This document shows positions 24,617 through 38,049 of a DNA stretch of 64,000 nucleotides, one piece after another (position 1 is the stretch's first letter; every line of letters begins with the position of its first letter). The notes below the pieces were generated by a model. It made no database searches. It saw only the letters and a program-made list of their open reading frames with translations, and was not told the origin of the DNA. Origin of the DNA: Octopus sinensis (lineage: Eukaryota); assembly GCF_006345805.1 (NCBI RefSeq), contig NC_043001.1:22630001-22694000 (forward strand). The letters are read 5' to 3'. The position numbers and the translations under genes are program-made.

Positions 24617-25999
24617 CAGCATATCACAAACTGCGAAAGAATATATTTACTTATATATTAAAGACCCCTGAATGAATAATAAATTTCAAAAATATAGGCA
24701 TTTAACTTTGACAATTTTAATGAATTATCATATTATGATGCTGATCTAGCAGAATGACTTCAGCAGAATGGTTAAAAACCAATAAAGAAATATTGACATG
24801 AAACTAAGGTTCTTATGTGAATAATAAGTTCCTTTTTTTTTTTTTTTATGAAGCTCCCTATGTACAGTGTAATTCCAAGAAAAGTGCACCTGTTAAACAA
24901 CAAAAGGAAAAAATAATTAAATGCTAAACAGTTTTTATTCTTACAGCTCAAATTACTAGATGTTGAAGTTTTTCAATTTTTAAGTAGCTATTTTCTGTAT
25001 ACATGTGGAAGCTCACTTAACCAGAATGGTTAAGTGCTACAAAATGAGTGAAAATTCATTATTCATTGCTTATGAATAGATGTTAAGCAGCAGGTAGTTT
25101 TAGAGTGTAGTTATAATTATTTAGTGCATGAATGTTTGTAAAAATATGCACATTATTACTATTAAAATATGGCATTATCAATAGTTAATTTACTGGAATA
25201 AATATAGGTAAACAAAGTAGTTTGTTAATCAGATAGTTTTTATTATTTCACTCACACCAACATATCTATCTTATTTTCTGCTCTTCTGCTAAATCAATAT
25301 TCTATGCTGTTCCTATTCAGAACAATGAGCACTTGTTATTCTTTCTCCTTCTTTTCTTTTTTTGAATATTTTGGCAACTTTAATATATGTACTGTGCTGA
25401 AATATAATTAATATATATAGTCCTACCATGAAAGGAAATTTTGAGAATATATTTAAAGTTCCCAACAGCAAACTGAATGCACAATACCAAATTTGTTGTT
25501 TCTCAATATTGTTCACTTCCTTTGTCATCATGATTACCAGAATAATAAAGCTTTTGTAATCATTATTTTCAAAAGTGAAGGGAACAGTTATAATGAACCA
25601 TCACCTTCATCAATTTTATTATTTCTCTCTTCTCAATCATCACCAATATGGTTTATGTAGAACCATCTACCAGAATCGAGCTGTTGTGTGTTACCCTGGT
25701 GCTTTATTGTCACCAAGGGCTTCTTTGTATGCACTGTTGTTTGTAATGAATATCTACAAATTTGCTTGCTTTGGGCTTCATGCATCATTTGGATTGAAAG
25801 TTTACTCTCAGATTACTCAATTGCAGAGTGTATTGACTAGGGTTCTGTCTGCCCCACATTCTGATAACTCTGGTATACTGTAAAGTTCTGTTATGTCTCC
25901 CATATTTTTAATGACTTAATATTATTTGTAACTGCACACACTCTTATGCAGACAATAATAGCCTTCATGCCCCCTTACCTTCTGCATACAGCTGTCTGC

Positions 26000-26450
26000 C
26001 ACATGCAACGTAGACACCTTTCACCAGACATCCACTGATTTCTTGAACAATTGCCACACATGAACAATGCACAACAAAACTCTCAAGATCACTGCAAACA
26101 CCAGATTCACAGACTCTGACATTGTCACGATGACCTTACACATAAATTGCAACTTAAATTTCTCATGACTTAAAGGTAGCCTTCTTCTTTAGAGCTTCAA
26201 TATACTTCATCATCAACTCTCTAGTTTTTGCTGACCCTTCACAAAACTTAAATAAAATCAACTGTTCACATATATGGGGTGGTATTGCTATACTCATCCA
26301 AACATTCAAGTGTCGGTTGGTCAAATTATTGACTAAATTTCATACACTACAGCCAGTTCCGAGATATACCTTTTCTATACTCATTATAATGCTCTTCATG
26401 CCTCTGAATTAGCTGTGTTGCTCCTGTTCACCTGGTGTGATATTTTCTCC
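26000..26450 (+). mobile_element. decayed LINE endonuclease fragment
   Basis: WGGIAILI resembles the APE GGGVAILV motif. Confidence 0.4.
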
Positions 26451-26554
26451 TCTTTATCCTTGTCCCTTTCTAGGCTTCACTCTAAAAATTGTTTCAGTAG
26501 TCTGAGATGTCTGTAAGAACCATAGAGCTATCATTCACCTTTTGGGAAATAATA

Positions 26555-26775
26555 ATAATCCTTTCTGCTATAGAAAAAAAGGCCTGAAGTTTTGGGAGAG
26601 GGGACAAGTTGATTTCATTGACCCCAGTGCCAAACTGGTACTTAATTTATCAATGCCAAAAGAAGGAAGGGCAAAGTTGAGCTTGGCAAAATTTGAACTG
26701 AAGATATAAAGTGCTGGAAGAAATGTTGTGAAGCATGTCTGATGCACTAAGGTTTCTGCCAGCTTGCTGCCTTAA
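26555..26775 (-). mobile_element. SINE family C
   Basis: CTGGTACTTAATTTATCAATGCC..AAAGTTGAGCTTGGC..TTCTGCCAGCTTGCTGCCTT. Confidence 0.75.
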
Positions 26776-27260
26776 TAATAATAATAATAATAATAATATA
26801 ATAACAGCAGCAGCAGTAAAGGTCTAGTTGTAAGGAAGTGTTTCAAGAAGGTTCATCTTGCAGAGTTTAGCATAATTCTCTAAATCATTTGTGCTCATTA
26901 ATGAATGATCAGCTGATGACTGCAACTTCAATGGTATCAAAATACTACTGCAACTATTAATCTCCTGCTCTGTCATGCCGTCTGAAATTCCTTCTCATGT
27001 AGATGAAATAGACTTATGTACTTAGAATTAATAACTCGTGTGTTGTTGTGTGGTGTTTTCTGTCACTTCATTGGAATGTTTTTTTTTGTCAAGCTTTAAA
27101 TCTGTTTAGTTTTCGACATACATAAAGCACTTACAAACTGAGAGAAAGCAAGAAAGTTTAGCCATGCCATAGCTGATGATTGATTTCAATGACATTAAAA
27201 CTTGTGATGCTACAACTGCTGGTTTTCACACACTCTTTTAGAACTCTGAAATTCTTTCAG

Positions 27261-27280
27261 CATGGTATTAATTAAATATG
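27261..27280 (+). other. candidate 20-nt micro-exon
   Basis: TTCTTTCAG acceptor and strong ATG|GTGAGT donor. Confidence 0.2.
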
Positions 27281-27299
27281 GTGAGTACAGATGTTGAAT

Positions 27300-27600
27300 T
27301 ATCAACTTTATTCTTTATTAATAAGTCAGAGGAGTAGCGGTAGTGGCCACGGCTTTTGTAGACCTTCTCAAATGACTAGTGTGTTTGAATGGCTATAGGT
27401 CAACGTATCCTGGTAAATTTCAGCAGAGGGAATTCTCAAGGACAGAGGCTTTGGGAAGAAATGATAGTGTAAAGTGTTTAGTCGGGGCCCTGTGGGGTAA
27501 GACGAGATGACAAGATGAGGTGTGATAGTCAGAATATGGGTTGTATGCAGTTACTATAGATGAAGAGAAGAAATTGGAGTTGAAGCAAAAGCCCTGTTTG
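27300..27600 (-). mobile_element. decayed CR1-like LINE 3' end
   Basis: CpG-containing 3'-end-like sequence ending in an AATAAAG-rich tail on the minus strand. Confidence 0.4.
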
Positions 27601-28280
27601 AGTGAATTTACTTATAGTCTGGCTAATTTAGCGCTCAAATTATCCTAAATATACAGTCTGCATTTTAAAATTTGTTCTATTTTAAAATTTGTTTCTTGTA
27701 TTTAACATTTAGTTGAGAGATAAACATTTGACGTTTTATGATGGATCTTTTTGGTATAATCAGGAAAAAATACTGTTGTTTCATTTTTTTTCTTTGTAAT
27801 TACAATTTTGATCAGAAAGATTTTATGTTGTTATTGTTACATCTGAAAAAGTGGTTTATTAGTCTCTAACATTTTTATTAGATTTGGAAGAATGGAAGAG
27901 GAATTTATCAGTAAAGATATAATGTGAAACATTGGAGGTTAGTGCTTGAGAGGAAGAGAAATGTTTGTATGTAATGTTAATGCTACTTATTTTACAGAGA
28001 GTCAGTTATAGTGTGATTGTCTAGGATTAAAACTGAGTAATTTAGATGGTTTTGATTTAAGATGAGACAAGCCCAGATGAGCTAAATCTATTGAACTGTA
28101 AATGAGGGAAAGAGAACACAGTATAATGGTGGATTAAGGTCTTATAGTCATTTGAGGAAGAAAACAAATGGATTTTAGAATGCTCTCAGAAGATTAATTG
28201 ATTAATAAGGAGGCATGTAGCTTTCCATTTATTAGAAAAGTTCTGACACTGAGAAGAAAGCATTGCTAAATATATTTCAG

Positions 28281-28300
28281 AGAAGGCCTCATGTGAAAAG
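28281..28300 (+). other. candidate micro-exon (an alternative acceptor at 28236 gives 65 nt)
   Basis: Consensus donor AAG|GTAAGT at 28301. Confidence 0.2.
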
Positions 28301-28560
28301 GTAAGTTCAAGTCAATGTAATGGAGACCTTGAAAAGTGTTCATAAGTGCAGTTCATCCTTTAAATAACTAATGTTTATGTTGTGGTGTTATCAAACCATA
28401 CCAGATTGTTAGATCCCCATTGAGAGATATGGCAAAGCATCTTTTCGGTAGCTACATCCAGCACAGAAGTGAGAGTATAATTTTACCATTCTGTTTTCTG
28501 TTCCATCAGTGCAGAACCGTAATCTAAAATTCTCTTTTTTTGTAAACCTTAGAATAATAG

Positions 28561-28930
28561 GTGCAAACGTGGCTGTGTGGCAAGAAGTTTGCTTCCCAAC
28601 TGTATGGTTCCAGGTTCAGTTCCACTGCATAGCACCTTGGGCAAGTATCTTTTACTATAGCCTTAGGTCCACCGAAGCTTTGCGAGTAGATTTGGTTGAC
28701 GGAAACTGAAAGAAGCCTGTTGTGTGTGCACACGTTTCTCCCCACCACTGCTTGACAACATCTGTTCGTGTGTTTACGCCCTTGTAACTTAGTGGTTTGG
28801 CAATAGAGACTGCTAGAACAAGTACCAGGCTTCAGGTAAAAATAAGTACTGTAGTTTATTAGTTTGACTAAAATTCTTCAAGATGGTGCCCCAGCATGGC
28901 CACATTCTAATGGGTAAAACCAGTAAAAGT
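28561..28930 (+). mobile_element. SINE family A
   Basis: GTGGCTGTGTGGCAAGAAG..CACCTTGGGCAAG..CCAGCATGGCCAC. Confidence 0.85.
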
Positions 28931-29814
28931 TAATCTTGTGAAATTCTTTCCCATCAACATTTAAACATTCGTATTGATATGGTTTTTGAAGAAAAGGTAT
29001 AATCAATCTTTTGAATGATTTCTATCTTGTCCCTGTCATTCCTCAGGTTTCAAAACCTACTTATTTTCCTGTTGCCACCCACTTTCCTTCTATGACATAA
29101 TTTCATAGAAAATGCAGTGAGGATTGCATGGGTTTCTATTCAGTTTTCTCAGTTACATTGTTTGGCAAGTTTCCATTGCATATCTGATATTACTGGCTTT
29201 TACTCCACTTCTACTAGCACATAAATTATAGTTGAGAGAGAGAGAGATCTGTTTGATTTGATTACTCAGTATAATTCATGTTAATTTAAACTTTGTATGA
29301 AAGTTGTAATGGAAGTGATATCGATGTTTTTGCAAAACATTAGTTTGTCGGTTCATTTATGCAAGTTGTTTCATAACTTACATATATCATTTGCTAATGT
29401 CTACCTAACATAACAGACAAGTAATACTTTAATTACATAAATAAATATGTAAACAAAAGAGAGGTAAACAAGTTTTATGGTTCACTATTTATAGTGAAGG
29501 TTTTGCTTGCTAAGTAGTGGTTCAAAAAATTCAGACGACATGGTGCAGTGTACCTAAAGAATGTGTTGGTGCTGGTTCTGTCTTGTTGGCTACATTTGAA
29601 GAGTACATAGGAATTTTTGTAGATTTTGGGCAAAAACACATTTAACCTTTTAATTTTCATCATCATCATTGTTTTAAGGTCCACTTTTCCATGCTACCAT
29701 GGATCAGATGGAATTTATTGAGGCAGCTGGATGCTCTTCCTGTCACCAACTCTCATCTATTTCCGAAGCAGGCAATATTTCCCCGTGGCCATATAATGGT
29801 TTCCATGGAAAACT

Positions 29815-30057
29815 GAGTACAAATATCTATTTCTTTACTACCCACAAGGGGCTAAACACAGTGGGGACAAACAAGGACAGACAAACGGTTTAATTCAATT
29901 ACATTGACCCCCAGTGTGTAACTGGTACTTAATTTATCGACCCCGAAAGGATGAAAGGCAAAGTCGACCTCGAATTTGAACTCAGAATGTAACGGTAGAC
30001 GAAATACGGCTACGCATTTCGCCTGGCATGCTAACGTTTCTGCCAGCTCGCCACCTT
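29815..30057 (-). mobile_element. SINE family C, young copy
   Basis: AGGTGGCGAGCTGGCAGAAACGTTAGC (A box), GAGTTCAAATTC (B box), then GGTCGACTTTGCCTTTCATCCTTTCGGGGTCGATAAATTAAGTACCAG. Confidence 0.85.
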
Positions 30058-30109
30058 CAAACTGGGAACAAATATCATGTATATGACTGTGGTGCTCATT
30101 TACACCCAA

Positions 30110-30270
30110 ATATACACACACATATACATAAGGAGCTTCTTTCAGTTGTCATCTACCAAATTCACTTACAAAGCTTTGGCTGAACCTGGGCCTATGGTAG
30201 AAGACACTTGCCTAAGGTGCTGCGAGACTACATGGTTGAGAAACAAGCTTCTTCACCACATACTCATGTC
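30110..30270 (-). mobile_element. SINE family A 5' half
   Basis: GCTTCTTTCAGTTG..GAAGACACTTGCCTAAGGTG. Confidence 0.75.
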
Positions 30271-31292
30271 TAGATTTTAGATTTCATTTTAAAATTTGTA
30301 AACTGAACACTATATGGATTGTTTCTGAAATTAGATGTTTTATTAAGATTTGGATTGTTCTTTGTTTATAATTAATGTTAGGTCATCAATATTTTCTTAT
30401 AGTTCCTATCTCAGAAAACCTTTTAATGTAGCACAGAAAAAAGCTTTTATATTTCTGTTGAATATATAAAATCCACAAGATTCTCTTTTTGGTTGTACTT
30501 CATAACAAGAGGCAGCTTTTTATTGTCAACATGATTAAGATAAGACAGAAATGTGAGGGTTAGAAATGAATTATTGACAAAATAAATGAATGAGAAGAGT
30601 TTAAATGAAATACTGGAATAAAGGAATCTATGTAGTGTTGGGTGTAGAGTTTAGTGAAGAGAGATGGTATGAACAACAAAAGACACGGAGAATAAACAGT
30701 GTGACAATTGTTATAGGATTGAATATTTTCAGTAAGAGTAGGTTTATTATTCAAACAAAGAATTCTCATCAGATTGCAACCTTAGATAGATACCATCTGT
30801 TGCTACTAGCATTGTTATTCTTTTACCCTTCCCCAGGTCATATATGGTTGTATAGAACTATGATTAAATGTGATCCAGCCATGACCATCCATTATTCTCT
30901 CGGTACATTGCATATCTATGACTACATTATCCAATTTGTCCTTCCATTTTGAAGGTGATCAGGTATAATTTGAGGGAGATATGGTAGCTATTTTTAGCAG
31001 ACCAAATGACCACACAGAAGATTCCTCATTTGCTCAAAGGTGATACAGTTAGTTTATATATAAAAGTAATATTCCCCTAGTAGGGCATATTTTGATCTTG
31101 TATCTATTGCTACCTACAATAATACACTAATCAAAACAGAAATCCAATTTTCAGTGATGTTGTTTTCTCAGAATATGGGAATCCAGCAGAAATTGCTTGT
31201 TAGTCTTCATATGTAAACTGAGGGTGTTTTAAGTCATGTGCCTGAAGTATAGTGTGTGTGGGATGTGTATATATAAATATATATATATATGT

Positions 31293-31534
31293 ACTTGGAA
31301 AAGGATGCGTGGCAATATATATATATATATATATACTTGGAAAAGGGTGTGTGGTGATATATATATACTTGGAAAAGGGTGTGTGGTGATATATATATAT
31401 ACTTGGAAAAGGATGTGTGGTGATATATATATACTTGGAAAAGGATGTGTGGTGATATATATATACTTGGAAAAGGATGTGTGGTGATATATATATATAC
31501 TTGGAAAAGTATGTGTGGCAATATATATATATAT
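31293..31534. repeat. minisatellite: 7 copies of ACTTGGAAAAGG(A/G)TGTGTGG(TG/CA)A separated by (TA)n of variable length
   Basis: Cores at 31293, 31335, 31367, 31401, 31433, 31465 and 31499. Confidence 0.95.
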
Positions 31535-33511
31535 GTGTGTGTGTGTATGTATATTTTTAAAGTATATAAGAGTGGGTGTGGTGTTTCTATATGAATAAGT
31601 GAAAGCCGGTATGTATGTATGTATGTCTGTGGGGATGTGTGTAGTGAAGCTGTACATGTTTGTGTGCCCATGCATGTATATTTAGTAAGGGTAGATATTT
31701 TATTTAAAAAGTCTTTTAATTGTTTAGACAGGAGAAAGGGCAGCACCCTTGATCTTTCCAGGGCCTCGAAGAGAAGTGGGAGGATGTTATTCTTAGATCA
31801 GAGACTTGATTCAAATACTTGCAACAGAGCAGACTCTGCTAAAAGGCACTCATGGGCCAGGTGGTGGTGTTAAACCGAGTGACATGTGATATTTCAGTTG
31901 TGTGTGTGTGTGAAGAATGTCATGGGGACGGGTGTGATGTTTGTGTGTAGTGAAATAGTGTGCATTTAGTGAATGTAAAAAAACACACATATGTTGTGCA
32001 TTGAGGACCGAAGAAATGTTTTTGTCTTGGAACAACAAGAGTGTGTGGGCATTATTATTTAAAGTAGATGTAGTATTTGTGACTGTGCTTTGTAAGAGTA
32101 GAACTTATGTGTTTATATGTATGTAGCCTGTTGTTTAATCCCAACTCAGCTTTTAGTGAGTGGACCTTGTGATAAGATAACTCCTGTGGCAAACACTCTG
32201 TCCTTCTCCTGAGCATTGCACACCTAGGATTATACAATTCAATGTCTCTGCCCTTTTTCAAGATACTTGGGTGTACTTTAAAGGTGGTCTGGCTGCTATT
32301 GCTTGTAAGTCAAGTGACCAAGTAACTTCATCGAGGTTGATGTATGTTTAGTGTAATATATATAGTGGATACGATATATGCAAGTGAATGTAGTGAGTGA
32401 CTATTGTGTGTGTGTGTGTGTGTCTAGTAAACTTATTGTGGGTGGATATTGTGGGTGTGTGTAGTGAAGAGAGGGATATATATTTGCGTGTCTAATGTGT
32501 AAAGGGAAGTTGGCTGTGTGTGTGCATAGTAAATAGTCTTTGCTTGTGGCTACTACTGCTGCTGCTAGGAAGTAGCTAATGTCATGAGACTAAAAAACAG
32601 CTTCACTATGAAATGAGTCAGACTAAGAAAATATGCCAGTAATAGTGAATAAAGTCTCTTAGTGTATGCGAGGAACTTTCATTATGTTTGGCCTATTTCC
32701 AGCATGAATGGTATATGACCATATTTTATTTTCTAATGAACAAAATAAACTGATCTGAAATTGAGGAAAAAAAACATCCCGTTTTAAATGCACTTTGTTT
32801 ATCTTTCCAAATGAAGTAACTACACAGAACCTGTTGAAAAAAAGAGCAAGATGTTCTACATCTAAATATCTGTTGATAAATATCTCTGGGAAAAATCTTA
32901 ACGCCGGTGTGTAAGCAGTGGGGTGTATAAATTTATACTTCAGTTGTGGTGTTACAGAGAAAAGAAATATGAGCTTCAGGTTTTAGAGGGATGTTCTTGG
33001 ATTAACGGGGAAAAGAATTGGCAAACTTTCCAGTTAGTTTTTGCTAGCTCTACTTATAAATTTCTGTGTATATTCTTTACGAAAATAAGAATCTAAATAC
33101 TGTATTGAAGTTATATTACATTAAAAGTATAATTTACGTTCTATTTAATCATAAATAAAATTATGAGGTTGAAGACTAAGATTAATTATTTGTTTTAATG
33201 CATTTCTCTCCGGCTATCTTGTTGGTACTAGCAATAATTTTATAGTGATAACTGTTCTCTTCTTTCTATTGTAATGTAGTGTAATAATTCTGAGATAGTC
33301 TTATGCAAACATCTATAATATTAATCTGTTCATCACAGTGATGATCGTGTACTTGAGTATTATGCTTTAAACAATATTAACTATGGAATGGAATTAGACA
33401 TAATCAAAACTTTTAGTGTGAGTTGAAATGATATAAAGATCTATAAATTTATGCATCAAAATAGAAATGATTCCTAAAATTTGGAATCTCCATAGGTACT
33501 GCTGCTTATAA

Positions 33512-33860
33512 TAGTAATAATAATCCTTTCTACTATAGGGACAAGTTGATTACATTGATTGGTACTTAATTTATCGACCTCGAAAGGCTGAAAAGCAAAG
33601 TTGACCTCGGTGGAATTTGAACTCAGAATGTGAAGGCAGATGAAATACTGCTAAACATTTCACCTAGAGTGCTAACGACTCTGCCAGCTTGCCGCCCTAT
33701 TAATAATAATAACAATGGTATCTAATTTTAGTTCAGGCAGTTTTGAGAGGAAGTTAGTCAATTACACAGAACTTAGTACTTGATTGGTACTTCATTTTAT
33801 CAACCCTGGAGGAGTGAAAGCCAAAGTTGGCTCCAGTGGATTTTGAACTCACAGCATAAA
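33512..33860 (-). mobile_element. two adjacent SINE family C copies
   Basis: GGTACTTAATTTATCGACCTCGAAAGG at ~33560 and GGTACTTCATTTTATCAACCCTGG at ~33785. Confidence 0.75.
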
Positions 33861-36344
33861 GATCTATAATGAAATATCACTATGTTTTGTTTAACACTAA
33901 TGATTCTACTAATCCACCACTCTGGTCCTGCTAGTGATAATAATTGCCAATAATAATTGGAGGTGGATTTGCTATAAAATCTAGTCATACAGAAGGAAGT
34001 AGAGTAAAACTACCTTGTATACATAGGCTAATGTCAAATCCTATAAAATTGTGGCTCTCAAAGTTTGTGTCCTCACCGACATAGTAGCATTATGAAGGTC
34101 TAAATGATCTATAAATTAAAAATGTGTAGCTTTATAGTGGTCAGTGTTCAACAATGCAATTTATGTATTTTCTTCAGTTTGAAATGATATTAAAATAGGT
34201 GTAAGTGATTGTGTCTGTATTTAGTTTGCATGTAGGCTGCCATCATTTTCATTTTATATCTGTTTTCCATGCTGGCATAGTCCATTTGGTTAGAAAACTA
34301 TGTTCTGCTCCAATGTCTACTTTTTGGCATGTTTTCTATGGTTGGACGTCCTTCCTAACACCGACCAATTTTGCATTTTTATCCTGGTGCCAGTACTCTA
34401 GAATTTGCCTTGCTGCTGGCAGTATTAAAAAGTCCTCAAACCCCGTGCTGTTATTGCTTAAATTGACTACTAGCCACCCACAGTGTACTTGGTACTTGTA
34501 GTAGCACCAGTACTGTTGGGGGTCATCTTGCAGCTTGTGAAGCTAAAGAGAGACTCTCATAATGGATGGAGCATATTTATGGTTGCAAGAGGATAGTAAT
34601 AGAGAGAATAACTGAAGGAACAGTGTTTGGGTAGGAGTAATGGTGACAGGAGAGGAGAATAGGAAGAATAATGTCAGGAATTAGTGAGAAGGTAGGAAGA
34701 AAATAGTAATAGTGATGGGTGGATTTGTGAAAGTGGACCCAGTGATGGGTTCAGTTTGTCCACTTGTCATACCAGCATGGATTGGACACATTGTCAGGGT
34801 GGAAGACTGGTCCTTCATGGAATTACATGGTTTTATTGATGAGGGAGGGTGGTAAGGAGAAAGGCTAGCTGAAACTATTAGGGAAGCAAGTAGTAGGAGG
34901 GAAAGTAGTGAGAGGGTGATAGGATGGTAGGGAGGGTTGAGTGGAAAGAAATGCAGTGCTCCCCCCCCACTTATACTTGGATTGATAAAGAGGTGTATGA
35001 ATCAGGGAAAGATAAGATGGAAGAGGATAATAGGAGGGAAAGGAAAAGTAGTGCCAGGGGATTAGTGATAAAGTGTGAGAGTGATAAGAGCAGTGGGAAG
35101 GGTTGAGTGGGGGGATAAGCAGTGTTACCCCATGTGCGTGTAGAGTGGTACTGGCAGTGTGTGGAGGAGATAAAATGATGAGCCATCTAAAAGTATCCTC
35201 AAGATATGTCCAAGAGAGAGCATGGTGACAGGGGAACCAGCAAGAGTAGGTAAAGGTTGCCAGAGTGCAGTCCCTTCCTGCTCAAACATCTTGATTTGGG
35301 AAAAGCCGAAAGTAAAATCTCTTGCACAAGTGTAAAGCAGTTTATTTATTAGGTTAAAGAAATGCTTGTTGCATTGCTCATAGTTTGTTTTAGTCCAGCT
35401 GGAATGTTTGGAAGGAACATTGTAGCTATAGCATGGCTGAATAGTCATGCAAAAGTTACCGCATGTTGATTAACATGATTAAGTTTTCCACCTATTAGGT
35501 AATTCAGAACTCTTGGAGATTGACTACCTGTAGAAACTTTTCAATCAAAAAGGTTAGTTTTTGTTACAACAGTTGAGCAAGGGAAGATGTCCCTTAATAA
35601 TGGACACCCTAATCTGATGGATCACTAGCAGCTGGCCCTTGTGGATGCGTCCATCCATGTGTTATTTCCACTGTCACTCGGTAAAAATGTGAATGCCTCA
35701 GCATCTGCCAGACACACAGTCCTTTGTGCTTGATCAAACTGACAAAAACATGAACTGTTGCCCATCTTTTGGCACTGAAATTTTATGAGTCTATCAAAGC
35801 TGTATCCCTAATTACATGGAAAAATATAATTCACATCCAGAAAATTAGTGTAAAAAATTTATGCATTTGAGTTTGTGGATGTATTAACCATGTTATTTCA
35901 CAAATTATGATGAATAAAATCTGCAATGCTCCTCTTCACATCTAAATTGTGCATGAAAGAAACAATTTAGGAAAAATATCTATTTTATATATTTTGTTTG
36001 TGTGTTTACTGGAGTGACTCAGCTAACAAAAAAATCAATTTTCACTGTATTTAAACAATTAATTCTATATTGATAAGCAATTCAGTTTGTAAAAGATAGC
36101 TATGTTCACATCAAGTGATGCTGTAGTGTAGATAGAGAACTGAATTCCATATCTCTAGAACAGCATTGCATTGCTCAACAGAAAGATCTAAGAGCAGAAA
36201 AATTTAAGCATGGAAAAATGAGATATCTCTTTTTGAAGTATAAACAATACTCAGCAAATTGTTATTAAAGGAACCCCAATTTAAAGAAATTAATTTGCAA
36301 GGAAGAAAATATACAGAAATATACTACAGGTGAACCTCTGATTT

Positions 36345-36700
36345 TTTGGTATCCTTGGTTCCAAAGCCTTGATAGATGAGCCATTTTGCTGGGCCATCAA
36401 ATAGTCATAATTCATCAATACCCCTCTAACCTACTAATTATACACCACAATGCATTTTTAACAACAGTTCTACCTTATTTTGGATTGATATGGATTGGTT
36501 GTTTAAGTTTGACCCTACCACTGATGCTACCTGTGGGAGCCATTGCTAGATAACTCTTTTTGATAACAAACTGTCTGAAACTGCCCCTTATTCTGTGATA
36601 TAAACTCGCTGTTTTAAAGTAATTTAAATTATAGCTTCACATCAAAATTTCATGTTATTTTTGTCCCAAATGCCAGCTTAATTATATATATAATTATATA
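36345..36700 (+). mobile_element. possible Tigger/pogo-type DNA transposon end
   Basis: TA+CAGGTGAACCTCTGATTTTTTGG resembles Tigger TIRs. No partner TIR found. Confidence 0.3.
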
Positions 36701-38049
36701 ATATTACATATATTATTAAACTTTTATATTATTAAATTTTTTATATTATATATATTATTATATTATTAATTTTTTTATTTTCAAAATTAATTGAAACAAA
36801 AGTAGTGTAGTTTGAAATATAATAATGAAAGGGTTAAGCTAAATAAGCAGTGGAGCTCTCAAAATTTTGATATCACTACTAACAAATGCAGTGTATATAA
36901 TGCATGTAAACACACAGTACACACAATACCACCACACAGTGAATTAGACTAGCATCCACAGGAATTTCAAGTTCCCCCTGATAATTTATCTGTATCCAGG
37001 GAGGCACCAAGACCATCAGTTGATGGAGAATTTTCTATAAAAGATGTTGAGAATAATAATGATCCTACAACCAAGTATTACTTGATTTGTTGTTGAATCT
37101 ACCAAATCACTGTAATTGTAAATATTTTAGTTGAATTATAAAAAATGTGAGATGCCTTTCCACTTGGGTTTTTGAGTTTGCAACTGTCAAGTGGTGAAAC
37201 TGAAACCAAAAATTTTTAGAGCACATTTTAGTTTTAAAGCAAAGACAATTATTACTAGTATTGAAATTGGAAGTAGATAAGGATGCCATTCTGTTGTTTG
37301 ATCAGCAAATAGATACATTTTGGAAAGTAGATGGTGAATTGAAAGTGACCAGGGAGTCTTGTAATGATAATATTTCAAGTACAACTCCCTGTTTCATTAT
37401 CAGGAACTGATGATAGGCTCATTGGAAATTCACAATCAACAATGGTATTTCATTGTTTACAAGTTATACTGTAATATAAAATAAATGAAATATTTCAATT
37501 AAATTTTGTTTTGAATAATGAGAAAATTCGGAATTTGATTAATTTAAATTTGTAAATACCCTGAAAGTGTCATCTTAGTATCAAACTCTTTATCAGATTT
37601 CTACTAAAGGATTGTTAGAAACAAAAATAGGACAAGTCAGTGACTGAAGTGTGTTGTACTGGAAAAAGTGAAAACTAATACACAAAAAATACACTCTCTA
37701 GCAATGAGCAAACTGGAAGCTCTTCATCTAGAAATGCTAAAACATATCAAATTATGTTTGACAAAGTTAACCTTGGCATTGCTTATGTTGTAAAAGCAAT
37801 AAGAACATATCAAAAACTGACAGTAGATATTGCTATTAATGAAGACAGTGATTTCTAGATAAGGTAGCATTAAAGCTAGATTTTCTTATTTATTTTTGAA
37901 CATTGTTTTGATATGCTTGTACTTTATATACAACAATATTTTCAGTTAAATAGAAGTGTGATTTCTTAATTTTTTAAAAATAATTTTGTGAGTTTTATGA
38001 TTATATATTAAGTACATTTAATGAAAATTGCTCCTCCTTACTGACGAGG

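Noticed and set aside
31229-31746. Long ORFs (148 and 170 aa) and a CRISPR-like look of the repeat array
   Set aside because: The ORFs are by-products of the minisatellite. The spacers are only (TA)n, not unique sequence, there are no cas genes, and the DNA is eukaryotic.
34860-35130. G-rich tract as a G-quadruplex
   Set aside because: The G runs are separated by long loops; it is more simply the antisense of a decayed retroelement.
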